Shown here: piece after piece, positions 16,574 to 26,459 of the stretch | Layout: each line of letters begins with the position of its first letter | Numbering within the stretch: position 1 is the stretch's first letter | From: a virus | Lineage: Duplodnaviria > Heunggongvirae > Uroviricota > Caudoviricetes | Reading direction: 5' to 3' (one strand) | Virus record (IMG/VR): IMGVR_UViG_3300032007_000003 | Span: 248,029 to 312,028 of that record | DNA: 64,000 nucleotides | Translations under genes and position numbers: made by a program | The notes under the pieces: model-generated | The model's database searches: none | Told to the model about the DNA's origin: nothing | What the model saw: the letters and a program-made list of their open reading frames with translations, nothing else

Positions 16574-17491
16574 ATGAAACAATATAAATATAATTATTTC
16601 TACAGGATAGAAAATTTAATTGATGGTAAATTTTATTACGGAATCCACAGTACTGACAATATTGAAGATGGATATATGGGTTCTGGGCATCGTTTAGTAG
16701 AAGCGATGAAAATTTTTGGGAAAAATAATTTCAAAAAAGAGATATTAAAAAATTTTGAAACACGTGAGAAGGCTTCGGAATATGAGGCATTAATGGTGAC
16801 AGAAAATTTAGTTCACGATAGAAATTGTTATAACGTTAAATGTGGTGGCGATTATGGCACTACTAGTGGAACAATATTAGTAAAGGACAAAAACGGAAAA
16901 TGGTCTAGAGTGTCGGTTGAAGATGAACGTTATAAAAGTGGCGAACTAAAGAATATAATGGCTAGTTTAATATCAGTGTATGATAAAAAAGATAACGGTT
17001 ATAAGACAATAACACCAGACGAATTCCATAGCAATGGCGATAGATATATTGGGGTAACAAAAGGGAAAGTGGTTGTCAAGAATGACAAAGGTGAAATATT
17101 ACTTGTTGATGTTGAAGATGAACGTTATAAACGTGGTGAATTAACTGTGGTGTGGAAAGGAAAAAAACATTCAGAAGAAACAAAGATGAAAATTTCTGAG
17201 ACGCACAAAAGAAACCATCACCAACAAGGCGTAAGTAATTCACAATATGGAACGTGTTGGATAACAAAAAATGGAGAAAATAAAAAGGTAAAGAAAGAAG
17301 ATTTGAATATGTTTTTGTCTGATGGGTGGAAAAATGGTAGAAGTAATTTAAATGTTACAACACCTTCAGATTTAATAGATAAAAATAAAGTTATTAGTTT
17401 ATACAAGAAATATAATAATTGGGGTAAAGTCGCTGAAGAATTAGGAATTAGTAGAATGACAATAATGAGGTACAAGAAACGCAACCTATAA
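16574..17491 (+). CDS. GIY-YIG homing endonuclease with C-terminal HTH
   Basis: 'YFYRIENLIDGKFYYGIHS' is the GIY...YIG module. The C-terminal 'NWGKVAEELGISRMTIMRYKK' is HTH-like. Confidence 0.65.
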   Translation: MKQYKYNYFYRIENLIDGKFYYGIHSTDNIEDGYMGSGHRLVEAMKIFGKNNFKKEILKNFETREKASEYEALMVTENLVHDRNCYNVKCGGDYGTTSGTILVKDKNGKWSRVSVEDERYKSGELKNIMASLISVYDKKDNGYKTITPDEFHSNGDRYIGVTKGKVVVKNDKGEILLVDVEDERYKRGELTVVWKGKKHSEETKMKISETHKRNHHQQGVSNSQYGTCWITKNGENKKVKKEDLNMFLSDGWKNGRSNLNVTTPSDLIDKNKVISLYKKYNNWGKVAEELGISRMTIMRYKKRNL

Positions 17492-17535
17492 TTAAACTGG
17501 AGGGGTTGAAATGTTGGTTTTATGTACCCTTTTAT

Positions 17536-17618
17536 GCTGGGGTGGCTGAGAGGTTGAAAGCACTGGCTTTGTAACCCAGAGGCGAAAGCCCACGCAGGTT
17601 CGAATCCTGTCCCCAGCT
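17536..17618 (+). tRNA. type-II tRNA (Ser/Tyr-like D-arm), anticodon loop region CTTTGTAAC unresolved
   Basis: Acceptor GCTGGGG/CCCCAGC (perfect). D-arm GGCTGAGAGGTTGAAAGCA. Variable arm GGCGAAAGCC. T-arm GCAGGTTCGAATCCTGT. Confidence 0.5.
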
Positions 17619-17627
17619 CTAAAAAAT

Positions 17628-17754
17628 GGTGACGTAGCTCAGTCGGTAGAGCACTAAAAAATCAACGTGTTGCCTCGTGTGCGCAACCCACAGCAAATAT
17701 TATGATGAAAGGCTGTTAACCTAGGGGTCTGTGGTTCGAGTCCACACGTCACCG
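17628..17754 (+). tRNA. interrupted tRNA (about 55-nt insertion after the D-arm carrying the CCACAGCAAATAT motif)
   Basis: 5' GGTGACG-TA-GCTCAGTCGGTAGAGC and 3' TGTGGTTCGAGTCCACA-CGTCACC pair perfectly across 126 nt. An Asn-like CTGTTAA loop lies before the T-arm. Confidence 0.45.
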
Positions 17755-17760
17755 CAACTT

Positions 17761-17833
17761 GCCTCGTTAGCTCAGTTGGTAGAGCGTCACTTTAGTAATG
17801 TGAATGTCGGGGGTTCGAGTCCCTCACGAGGCT
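17761..17833 (+). tRNA. tRNA-Thr-like (anticodon loop TTAGTAA; AGT?)
   Basis: The acceptor GCCTCGT/ACGAGGC is identical to Thr(TGT) at 16220. D-arm GCTCAGTTGGTAGAGC. A34 is unusual. Confidence 0.45.
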
Positions 17834-18029
17834 CAATGGAAGAAAGGAAATGTTATTACGTCTGTTGCTTTATTGAGGGCATAGAGAAGACGATAGAAAT
17901 GCCTCCTAGGACTGGTCCTTTGACTTTACAAGAGGCAGAAGATGTTAGAAAGAGGAAAAGTAGTGGTAGGTATCGTAGAAAACTAAGATATAGGATTCTA
18001 GATGCAGAGAAAAATGAAATAGTAATATT

Positions 18030-18242
18030 ATGAATTTTTGGGTATTTTATATATTAGGTTGCTTAATTGCATTTATATGGGGTACAAGTGACTATTATGA
18101 ATTTAAAGTTAGAAATAAAACTTATAATGGTCGTATATTTGAGGATGCTAAGGATTTACTTAATATGATAGTATTCTCATTAGGCTCATGGTTTGCCGTT
18201 ATTATGCTTATTTTTAGCAACGATGATATTAATTTTTCTTAA
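18030..18242 (+). CDS. small membrane protein
   Basis: Two hydrophobic helices. Confidence 0.35.
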   Translation: MNFWVFYILGCLIAFIWGTSDYYEFKVRNKTYNGRIFEDAKDLLNMIVFSLGSWFAVIMLIFSNDDINFS

Positions 18243-18280
18243 AAAATTTGGATATTCCAATTATTTTCAGTATATTTGCA
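18241..18280 (+). promoter_or_regulatory. conserved promoter copy
   Basis: AAAAAATTTGGATATTCCAATTATTTTCAGTATATTTGCA. Confidence 0.5.
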
Positions 18281-18578
18281 TCATAATGGTGAAAATATGT
18301 TAGAAGTAACGGAAAAAATATTGGCTAGCATACATGCTGTACCAATGTCATATAATGAAATAAGTGCATTACCATATCTCAAAACAATATCTGATTATGG
18401 TATTAGTTTCTCAATTGAAGTTTTATTGAAGGATGATTTAATTGTAGAAAAGGTTATTGATAGGCATCCATTTCGCACAAAAGAGTATAGGGAGAAATAT
18501 GGCGAAGTAGTGAAAATAAAATATCGTGCAACAAAAAAAGGCGAAAGATACCTTATTGAGCATGGTTATTTGGACTAA
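18276..18578 (+). CDS. hypothetical protein
   Basis: 100-aa ORF immediately downstream of a promoter. Confidence 0.4.
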   Translation: MHHNGENMLEVTEKILASIHAVPMSYNEISALPYLKTISDYGISFSIEVLLKDDLIVEKVIDRHPFRTKEYREKYGEVVKIKYRATKKGERYLIEHGYLD

Positions 18579-18604
18579 TAATGTACTAAAAATATTTTAT
18601 TATA

Positions 18605-18732
18605 TGGAACATGTTAAATGTGTAAAATGTGGTAAGGAAACTGAGATTAATCTTCACAATGCATTAGATGAAGAGGGTGAGGTTTTCAAGTGTCAACATT
18701 GTGGGTATATGTTTAGATACACAAAAGAATAA
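18605..18732 (+). CDS. zinc-ribbon mini-protein
   Basis: CVKCGKE ... CQHCGY. The start was chosen at the internal ATG. Confidence 0.3.
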
Positions 18733-18735
18733 CTT

Positions 18736-19125
18736 ATGAAAGATTTGGAAAAGTTTTCGAAAGACGTTGCTATATCGTATAGTAATGCAGTAAAGGAGAG
18801 GATGAATACAAATGTAGATAATGTTGCCAATAAAATTATTGACTACATTTCTTCTAGGTATGAAGGTGTAATCAAGTCAGCGATTGACAATAATTTTAAC
18901 TGCAAGTCAGTTAAAATATCTTTACCAAGGTCATGTTCTCCTAAGAAACTTAGCTCTAATGAGGGTACTAGGAAAGATATTTTGAAAGAATTGAATGAGA
19001 CAGTGAACGCACATTTTAAGAACTTCGGTTTTGCTGTTTTTCTTACTGATGGCGGTTCTTGTAGATGCTTGTTTGATTGTCTGTGTAACCGAAAGGAATT
19101 TGTTGCAGAAATAATATGGGAGTGA
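18736..19125 (+). CDS. hypothetical protein
   Basis: 129-aa ORF. Its 3' end overlaps a tRNA-like minihelix. Confidence 0.4.
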   Translation: MKDLEKFSKDVAISYSNAVKERMNTNVDNVANKIIDYISSRYEGVIKSAIDNNFNCKSVKISLPRSCSPKKLSSNEGTRKDILKELNETVNAHFKNFGFAVFLTDGGSCRCLFDCLCNRKEFVAEIIWE

Positions 19126-19152
19126 ATGTGGGTTCAAGTCCCACTCTTCCAA
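19117..19152 (+). ncRNA. tRNA-like minihelix
   Basis: TGGGAGT-GAAT-GTGGGTTCAAGTCCCAC-TCTTCCA-A. Confidence 0.25.
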
Positions 19153-19226
19153 CACATAAGGCGTTTAATGAGACACTATGAATTGATATATCAGTTCTAG
19201 TTATAGAGATATATTGATTCGTCTCT

Positions 19227-19297
19227 TGTGCGGATAGTACAATGGTGAGTACAACTTCTTATACAAGTTAATTGGGGTTCGAGTCCCCACCGCATGC
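19227..19297 (+). tRNA. tRNA-Ile(TAT)-like second copy
   Basis: Anticodon stem AACTT/AAGTT with loop CTTATAC. T-arm TGGGGTTCGAGTCCCCA. The acceptor TGTGCGG/CCGCATG relies on G-U pairs. Confidence 0.4.
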
Positions 19298-19323
19298 TGA
19301 ATTTAAGAAAAAAAGAAGAAAAA

Positions 19324-19986
19324 ATGATAGTTGCTTTTGATACATACTACTATAACGGTTACTCATACACAGTGGCTGGAGTTTTTAAGTCATGGAATGA
19401 CAAAGAGGTAGCATATTACGCCACTAGTAAGAGGATGTGTATTGATGCAGACTATAAACCAGGTGAACTCTATAAGCGTGAGCTTCCATGCATTATGCAG
19501 TGTTTGGCACTATTACCACTTAAGGACATTACCCTTATCATGGTAGATGGCTTTGTATGGCTTTCTGAGGATGGAAAGACATTAACAAAGGGACTAGGTG
19601 CTCATCTTCAAGAGGCAATACTTGAGAAATATGGTGAGAAAATAACAGTTGTAGGCGTTGCCAAGAACAGATATCATGTGGAGATACCAGATTGCTATGA
19701 TATTGAGCGTGGTTTGGAATCAGCAAAGCCATTATTTGTGACATGCAGTGAACCTTGTCTTGCAGAACATTATTCAAATATGGTGAAAATCATGCATGGT
19801 GATTATAGAATACCATCAATATTGAAAGCTGTTGATACTAAAACAAGGGAACTTGGACATGAGGATAGTGATGAAATTGAAAAAGAACTTGAAGAAGAAT
19901 ATAATTCAAAGCCAATAGATATCTCAATGGGAGACATTGATGAATTCATGGCTACTTGTACTAAAAACGGATTTAAATATAGATAA
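19324..19986 (+). CDS. hypothetical protein
   Basis: The ORF is tracked from 19294, but that start lies within the tRNA 3' end, so the next ATG was used. Confidence 0.45.
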   Translation: MIVAFDTYYYNGYSYTVAGVFKSWNDKEVAYYATSKRMCIDADYKPGELYKRELPCIMQCLALLPLKDITLIMVDGFVWLSEDGKTLTKGLGAHLQEAILEKYGEKITVVGVAKNRYHVEIPDCYDIERGLESAKPLFVTCSEPCLAEHYSNMVKIMHGDYRIPSILKAVDTKTRELGHEDSDEIEKELEEEYNSKPIDISMGDIDEFMATCTKNGFKYR

Positions 19987-20109
19987 GAGAAATGAATAAT
20001 TATGATTGTAGGAAGGATAGCTGTGGATGTTGTAAATCAATTTTCATATTTTGCTTAATATTTGCCTTTTCTGTCTTCATGGCAGTATATGGTAGATAAA
20101 AGAAGATAT

Positions 20110-20183
20110 AGAGGTGTCGGCAATTGGTTAGTCAGTCGGTCTCCAAAACCGAATTAGTGGGGGTTCAAGTCCCTCCACCTCTG
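20110..20183 (+). tRNA. tRNA-Trp(CCA)
   Basis: Acceptor AGAGGTG/CACCTCT (perfect). Anticodon stem TCGGT/ACCGA with loop CTCCAAA. T-arm GGGGGTTCAAGTCCCTC. Confidence 0.7.
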
Positions 20184-20198
20184 CAATAAAAGAAATTT

Positions 20199-20426
20199 TT
20201 GATATTAACTATGGGAATAGAAGCTTTACTAGTTGTCTCATATTGTGTTATTGGATTCGCATTATCGTTTTATTGGTTCAAGCGTGATTACGAAGAGGAA
20301 TATGAGAAAGTAGACGAGGGCGATGAACCAATTGAAAAAGGAATGGCTGGATTATTACTTTTAGCATTTATTATATTCTGGCCTTTTGTATTAATAAAAA
20401 ACCTAATAAAACATAAAACGTTATGA
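20199..20426 (+). CDS. small membrane protein
   Basis: Two transmembrane-like segments. Confidence 0.4.
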   Translation: MILTMGIEALLVVSYCVIGFALSFYWFKRDYEEEYEKVDEGDEPIEKGMAGLLLLAFIIFWPFVLIKNLIKHKTL

Positions 20427-20595
20427 ATTTTCCAAAGTCATATATCAAAAATAGATTATTTGAGATTGGTAAAACAGTATTTGTAAGAAAAAGGAAAAAA
20501 TTAATTGAATTTTATCATAAAAAGTTGACTTGGTGGATTGATATTTATGGTGTCAGATTTAAACATATAGGATACTATATAATGTTCAAAAAGAA

Positions 20596-21192
20596 TTGTT
20601 TTTAATGGAGAATATCATATTTAATAAGAACCACATTAAGATAACCTATGCGGATATGGGCAAATCTTCTGAGAAATTCAGAGTTGCTTGGACAACATCT
20701 TATGAAACCATATATCCAAAAGGTATGACAATCACCGCCATTAATAAAAAATGGGAAAAGGTTATTAAGGAATCTCCATTGGGATTTTATTATAATTCAA
20801 TGGAAGAGGTTGAACATGAGGTAGAAACTCCAGTTAGTTCTAAGATACAATACCATGTAGTATATGTTTATCTTTATGACCATTATTATACAATCACATA
20901 TCCAGTATCATGTAATGATGTTAAGATAGGGTTTGACGCAAGACCTTGGGATATATGCATTGGTGATATGTCCATGAGGGAAAACTTTATAAAGGCATTA
21001 AATAAAATTCTTAATGATATCTTTGTATCTGGTGCCCCAATCAAGGGGATTGCTAGAACCAAGGACAAAGTTTACAAGGAGATATTTGGTAACACCAAAG
21101 GTTATAGCACAGTTGATAATGAGGTAAAGATTATATCTCATGGATTTGACCCAAAGGAATCCTTCAGAAAAGTTAAAAAGAAGAAGAAATGA
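20596..21192 (+). CDS. hypothetical protein
   Basis: 198-aa ORF. Confidence 0.45.
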   Translation: MFLMENIIFNKNHIKITYADMGKSSEKFRVAWTTSYETIYPKGMTITAINKKWEKVIKESPLGFYYNSMEEVEHEVETPVSSKIQYHVVYVYLYDHYYTITYPVSCNDVKIGFDARPWDICIGDMSMRENFIKALNKILNDIFVSGAPIKGIARTKDKVYKEIFGNTKGYSTVDNEVKIISHGFDPKESFRKVKKKKK

Positions 21193-21809
21193 AGCATACA
21201 AAGAGATACATGGTGATATTCGAGAAATGGGGCAGAATAGAATTTCACGAGGATAAGACAGAATTCGATACGCTTACTGAAGCGATAGAAGAAGCTCAAC
21301 TCCTAGAGGAATTCTATGCTGATACGCCAAGTCCGAAGAAACTATCTAGATACGATTGGCGTACTGGAAGACAGACTCCTTACCATGAGTGGGGTGAGCC
21401 ATATCTAGATGAATATCTCTGGGGTTATGTCATTCTAGACTTTGAGGAAGAAAAGGTGATAAAGTGGGGACATGACCAATTGAAGTATGTTAGCAAGAAT
21501 GAGGATATAAGGAAAGTCAAAGACAGATTCTTCAGAAAAGACGGTGAAGTACCAGAGGGCTACAAATGGGACGTGGGAGAATATGAAGGTTGGCTTCAGT
21601 TCCGTTGGGGCAATGGTAGAAACTCAGTTGAATTTGGAGAGGATGCTGTCATAGATAGCAATGATAACACTCAAAAATGTGTAAGACGTTGTAGTATTAA
21701 AAAGAAGAAGTACCGCAATTTCACATATGATGAAAGTGAAGAACTAGAACTTGATAAGCTCAACGAGGAAATATTGGCAGAATCTAAAGTTAGTGTAGAT
21801 GGAAATTGA
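21189..21809 (+). CDS. hypothetical protein
   Basis: 206-aa ORF whose start overlaps the previous stop. Confidence 0.45.
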   Translation: MKHTKRYMVIFEKWGRIEFHEDKTEFDTLTEAIEEAQLLEEFYADTPSPKKLSRYDWRTGRQTPYHEWGEPYLDEYLWGYVILDFEEEKVIKWGHDQLKYVSKNEDIRKVKDRFFRKDGEVPEGYKWDVGEYEGWLQFRWGNGRNSVEFGEDAVIDSNDNTQKCVRRCSIKKKKYRNFTYDESEELELDKLNEEILAESKVSVDGN

Positions 21810-22328
21810 TAAGACGCAACTCAATGACTTATATAAGATTAAGGGAAATATCTTAAATGATATTCTTAATCTTAATGAGCAACTTAGCAAAAAGAAAATG
21901 GCTCTTTCAATTGTCAATAAAAAAATAGAGGAGTTAGAAGACAAAAAATGTTAAAAGACTTGGAAATCTCATTTTTTATATATATCTTTGCATTGTCAAA
22001 CAAATTAAATAAGTAAATACTATGTTAGAGTTTATCATTGGTTTAGTTGGTGGTTGGTTTGCTTACAAGTATAAAGGTAAGGTAGGACTTTAACCAAAAG
22101 GAACAGTGGAACAAGAGAACTGTAATAGTGGAATCTTCGGAAACCTCAGGTCTTGTTGAAAGGTAGACTCACACTCAAAACAAACTATCTTCGATTTTCA
22201 AAGTAAAGTGGTTTGAACCACTCGTACCATGCATAGGTTAGTTATGGCGTATATTGGTCTTAGCAACGTTAGTGCAAGACAAGTGCTCGATGGGCTGTAA
22301 GTGATTATGGTTACAGAGTGCGAAACAT

Positions 22329-22417
22329 GCTTGAGAAGTTTAATAGGTATAAACGCAGACAGAGGCTGACAACAGCCAAACTGAGATAGAAGGTTCAAAT
22401 CCTATCCACAAGCACCA
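22329..22417 (+). tRNA. degenerate tRNA-like with encoded 3' CCA
   Basis: Acceptor GCTTGAG/CACAAGC at 6 of 7 pairs. D-arm GTTTAATAGGTATAAAC. T-loop GGTTCAAATCC. It ends ...A-CCA. Confidence 0.3.
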
Positions 22418-22418
22418 A

Positions 22419-22551
22419 GGAAACAGACAGCAATGGTTATTTTTTAATAAGCCTTGTAAGCAGTAGGTCATGGGTTCAAATCCCATCGAGGGGTGTAAGC
22501 TCCTTGTAGCTCAGTCTGGTTTAGAGCAACTTAAAATGTTAAAAACGTTTC
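22419..22551 (+). ncRNA. permuted tRNA-like element (T-arm, 3' acceptor, then 5' acceptor plus D-arm; GGAAACA...CGTTTCC)
   Basis: GGAAACAGACAGCAATGG ... CATGGGTTCAAATCCCATC-GAGGGGT-GTAA-GCTCCTT-GTAGCTCAGTCTGGTTTAGAGC ... CGTTTCCG-ATTTTTAA. Confidence 0.3.
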
Positions 22552-22577
22552 CGATTTTTAATTAAAACGAAATAGCA

Positions 22578-23138
22578 ATGGCAGTAGGCGTAATTATCGC
22601 AAGACTTCAGCCAATTCATAAGGGACACCTTGAGTTGGTTAGACAAGCTCTTAATGAGAATGACGAGGTTCTTATCCTTGTTGGTTCAGCAGATAAACTG
22701 AATAAGCGTAATCCAATTCCTATCGCAATGCGTTTGGATTTGGCAAACAAGGCTATTACTGAGGAGTTTGGTGAGGACGCTGGCAAAGTTAAAGTAATGC
22801 CACTTAATGACCTTACAGATGAATCAGATAATTCTCATGATTGGGGTTTTTATCTTTACAGTCATATAGTTGGAATCACTAAGTCACCTGAATTCACTAT
22901 TTATTATTCAGATGGATTTGAGATTATCATGCAGTGGTTTCCTCCATTCATTACGAGAGACTTCGTTTCTTTCAAGTTGAATGCTAGAGGCGCAATCCAC
23001 AACAACTTGTCTGCCACAAAGGTAAGACAGATGATTCTCAAAGGTGATGAAGAGGCTCTTGCAGAAGCCGTACCAACTTGTGTCGCTGAGAATGCGATGA
23101 TATTGAAACATTTCATTGAAGCATTTCAAGATGTATGA
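22578..23138 (+). CDS. nicotinamide-nucleotide adenylyltransferase (NadM/NMNAT-like cytidylyltransferase fold)
   Basis: 'VGVIIARLQPIHKGHLELV' is the (H/T)xGH nucleotidyltransferase motif. The protein is 186 aa. Confidence 0.6.
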   Translation: MAVGVIIARLQPIHKGHLELVRQALNENDEVLILVGSADKLNKRNPIPIAMRLDLANKAITEEFGEDAGKVKVMPLNDLTDESDNSHDWGFYLYSHIVGITKSPEFTIYYSDGFEIIMQWFPPFITRDFVSFKLNARGAIHNNLSATKVRQMILKGDEEALAEAVPTCVAENAMILKHFIEAFQDV

Positions 23139-23490
23139 ACTATGAATATGCAGAGCCATACTTGGAAATAGATTTCAGAGATGGCAATAAGACACGAATC
23201 AAAAGGAGTACAATTACTGATATTTACTCATACAAAGAAAATGGTGAGAATAAGGTAAAAGTAAACTTTAATAGAGGAAACAGTTCAACTTGGTATAAAT
23301 TCGCTGGAACACTAGAAGAATTTGAAGAAAACAGTAAGATTGTATATTTATAATAGCTAGTTCCGTAGTACGATATATAAATTGGCAAGCGTATATGCGT
23401 TGCTCCTACAACGAACTCATAGAATATTAGGAGGTTCAGAGAAACTTGTGTGGTGAAGAATCGGAAATCCACAGACTAGCTTTTTTTAAT

Positions 23491-23565
23491 GTTGGTGTAG
23501 CTCAGTTGGTTTAGAGCACTACGCTGATACCGTAGGGGTCAGGGGTTCAAGTCCCTTCACCAACA
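23491..23565 (+). tRNA. tRNA-Ile(GAT)
   Basis: Acceptor GTTGGTG/CACCAAC (perfect). D-arm GCTCAGTTGGTTTAGAGC. Anticodon stem CTACG/CGTAG with loop CTGATAC. T-arm AGGGGTTCAAGTCCCTT. Confidence 0.75.
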
Positions 23566-23984
23566 CAAACATAATGGGCTTGAAACGGTATAGATTGGCT
23601 GTAGTTTGGTAAGAGACAAGCAGTGGGCATACACTTTCAAATAGCAAAAAAATTAAACGCAGAGAACGTAGATTCTCCTGCTTACGAGTTCGCTATTGCA
23701 GCGTAAACGTGAGCCGAGAGGCTAGGCTCTTAGGAACAGAACATCCTAGCAAATTTTTTTTTGATTAGAAGAAAGGTTCCTGGTTCGAGACCTTGGGAGC
23801 ATTGCTTTAGTTCAAAACGCTTAGGTGTGTTGTAGCTGTTGACAGCTTGGTAGAACATTCTGATAATCAAATGGTGGAATCGGTGACTCTAGTCATCCCC
23901 TAGTGTAATGGCGATACACTTTAATAAAACGTTCTGAGGAAGAAAACCTCTTACCAAAAATTGAAAAGTTTGTATAATCTCTTA

Positions 23985-24027
23985 TGGGACGCAGAACAAG
24001 ACGTGGGTTCAACTCCCACCAGGTCCA
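23985..24027 (+). ncRNA. tRNA-like minihelix
   Basis: GGGAC-GCAGAACAAGA-CGTGGGTTCAACTCCCAC-CAGGTCC. Confidence 0.25.
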
Positions 24028-24045
24028 CTAACAATTAGTTACGTT

Positions 24046-24519
24046 ATGCATGGAGAACTATTTAGGGAATGGGTATTATTTTTAAAGGAAAGAAAACTAT
24101 ATTCCAAATTCATTATTCATTATAGAGCTGCAAGTGCAAGTTGCAGAACTTGGGGCAGAGAAAAGCTCAGTTTCAAGTTACTTAATGGAGGTGATTATAT
24201 AATGCCTAATAAGAATGACTCTCTTAGTTTTTCTGGACTTACGTCTTCTATGCAAGTAATGGATTGGTACTTACCATCCAATGTCACATCAAATTGGGTT
24301 TCTTTGGCAACTGAGTTTGGAGAACTTAACGGCTATATTGAGAAAAGAGATACTAGCAATTTATATAGTATCTATTTTGATGACGATGACGATGATGTTA
24401 AGCAATCAAGAAGTGCAACATATCGAGTGAAGAAAGCCGATAAGCAAGAAAGAGAGGCTTTTGGTAAATGGTATGATAGATTTTACGGTGTTAACGTAAA
24501 AAATCGTTATAGAAGATAA
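24046..24519 (+). CDS. hypothetical protein
   Basis: 157-aa ORF with a poly-Asp tract. Confidence 0.4.
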   Translation: MHGELFREWVLFLKERKLYSKFIIHYRAASASCRTWGREKLSFKLLNGGDYIMPNKNDSLSFSGLTSSMQVMDWYLPSNVTSNWVSLATEFGELNGYIEKRDTSNLYSIYFDDDDDDVKQSRSATYRVKKADKQEREAFGKWYDRFYGVNVKNRYRR

Positions 24520-24532
24520 AAAAGTTCTTTGA

Positions 24533-24570
24533 AAATTTGGAAATCTCAAAAATTATCTATATCTTTGCAC
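24533..24570 (+). promoter_or_regulatory. conserved promoter copy
   Basis: AAAATTTGGAAATCTCAAAAATTATCTATATCTTTGCA. Confidence 0.5.
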
Positions 24571-24591
24571 TGTTAAACAAAACAATACATT

Positions 24592-24843
24592 ATGAGTAAG
24601 ATATTAGAGAGCGAATTTAGAAAAGAGTTATATAAGTCTCTTACTGAGGCTGGCTACGAGAAGAAAGAAGCTCAAGCCATTGTAGGTAAGAAATACTATG
24701 AGGCACTTAAAGTTGACCTTATAGATAGAATGAAGAAACAGATTGCAAATATAGAGAGTGACAATTCTGAATTACTTCTAAGTGCGGATGAGTATAACAA
24801 TGCTCTTTCTGAATTAGAGAAATTGAAAGAATTTGCAAAGTAA
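24592..24843 (+). CDS. hypothetical coiled-coil protein
   Basis: 83-aa ORF with heptad-like K/E periodicity. Confidence 0.4.
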   Translation: MSKILESEFRKELYKSLTEAGYEKKEAQAIVGKKYYEALKVDLIDRMKKQIANIESDNSELLLSADEYNNALSELEKLKEFAK

Positions 24844-24999
24844 ATGAAAAAAGTTCCTAAAAAATTTGGAATTCTCAAAAAAAAGATATATCTTTGCAAA
24901 GTTGGAACGAAATAAATGAGGAAACTAACAGCAAACATTTAAACATCAAACTGCTAATTTGAACAACGTTTAAAAAGTTTCCGTTTTATATATAATATC

Positions 25000-25070
25000 G
25001 TGGAGTGGTGAAGTAGTATCATGCTAGGCTCATAACCTAGAGTTCGTAGGTGCAATCCCTACCTCCGCAA
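25000..25070 (+). tRNA. tRNA(CAT) Met/Ile2-like
   Basis: Anticodon stem CTAGG/CCTAG with loop CTCATAA. T-arm GTAGG-TGCAATC-CCTAC. The acceptor is about 6 of 7 pairs. It is a paralog of 27304-27381. Confidence 0.5.
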
Positions 25071-26164
25071 CAAATGTAACATAAATACTCAGGTGCAATC
25101 GGTAGTAAAGGTTGGCGAGGAAAGTGAGGTTGCGACAAACATACAACCGTATGAAATAAAGCGGATGTCCTTTACCATTAAATTGGTTCTGTAAAATGAA
25201 TCAGCCTTTACAATGTTACATACAATATACTTGGAAGATACCAGAGGAGAAACGGTAGTGTAACAACTAACGGTGTAGACAAATGGGCATCAAGTTCGTG
25301 CTTAGTGTGCTCTTTCGAGAGCTTCGGTGATTCAAATTCACCTCGTTCAACAACTCTCACATTGTAGGCTTCGGCTGAAAATGAGGAGTTTGGCTAGCTT
25401 TCGTAGCCAAATGAAGGATAATCCAGTGATGGGATTAAATGTGATGTGAAGTTGACCATAGTAGCATTACAGATATGTAGGGGCAACCCTATGTATTTCA
25501 CTGAAAAGCATATGGCACGGTCTACATTGGGGGTAACACCTTGGATGTAGGCTCTCAAGGGCTGAATGTCTTTGAGTGAGTGGTAACACAATAGATTGTC
25601 ATATGGAACTTGATGCAATAATCACCAGTTGGCGTGTTGGGTTCAGTTATGTGCTAGTCTTAAGTAGAAATGCTTGAGAACCGTAAGGCTGATAGTATGT
25701 AATAGCAATTGGACTTGTGGTGAGTCTTTGTAGGGAGGCGATTTCGTGGGTCGTGCTCAAAAGGCACGAATGCGATGGGTCGCACCTCGTCTTCCAATGG
25801 TCGCAGAAAAGGTTTGAAATTAATAGGGTTCAAAAGTTTACAAAGCAAAAGTGTGCGACACTAGGCAGCTAAAATGCACTTATCCTTCTGCAATATGAAG
25901 GGGTTGGGGACTCGCAAGGAATCCAACAAGAGAGTAAAAGTACTCGTCTGAGTTAGTAGGAGGCATCCTATGAATCCGCAAGAGCTTGGCGAAGAACTGA
26001 AATCTATGATGCTGTACCGAAAGGTTTAAACTAGTAAGTGTTTGGTTGTTTTCGCAAAACCTCCGTGCATGGTGTCTACGGCTATCGTAAGGTAGCGTGT
26101 GAACAACAACGTCCAACCGTTGTGAAATGGCATCAACAATAAGACAATGTTCTCAGTCTTTTTG

Positions 26165-26297
26165 TGTTTATATAGGGATATAGCTCAGTGGTAGAGTAAT
26201 TTTGTTGCGATTTAAGCTATACACAATACTAACTTCGGAACGTATTGATGCTTTAACTGATAATGAAACGGTCATTGGTTCGAATCCAGTTGTCCCT
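26165..26297 (+). tRNA. interrupted tRNA-Ile(GAT)-like (about 53-nt insertion between the D-arm and anticodon stem)
   Basis: 5' AGGGATA-TA-GCTCAGTGGTAGAGT; 3' TTTAA-CTGATAA-TGAAA-CGGTC-ATTGGTTCGAATCCAGT-TGTCCCT. The acceptor pairs across 133 nt. Confidence 0.4.
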
Positions 26298-26459
26298 GCG
26301 TACCGTGATTATGATGCTTCCACGTATGATAAGCATCTTACTTATTATAGTAGGTTAACATGCTATAGTAGATTGGAGAAGTTTTGGCTACTAATTGTGG
26401 CTAGTAAAATGAAAGTTTTCATCCAATCGTTTTTTATACGGCTTAATATTTAATTATAT

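Noticed and set aside
25076-26160. tmRNA, RNase P RNA or a group I/II intron in the GC-rich ORF-free block
   Set aside because: I could not find the conserved RNase P P4 (AGGAAAGTCCGGGCT), a tmRNA tag ORF with a tRNA-like end, group I P/Q/R/S elements or a group II domain V consensus. The region is retained only as an unclassified structured-RNA candidate.
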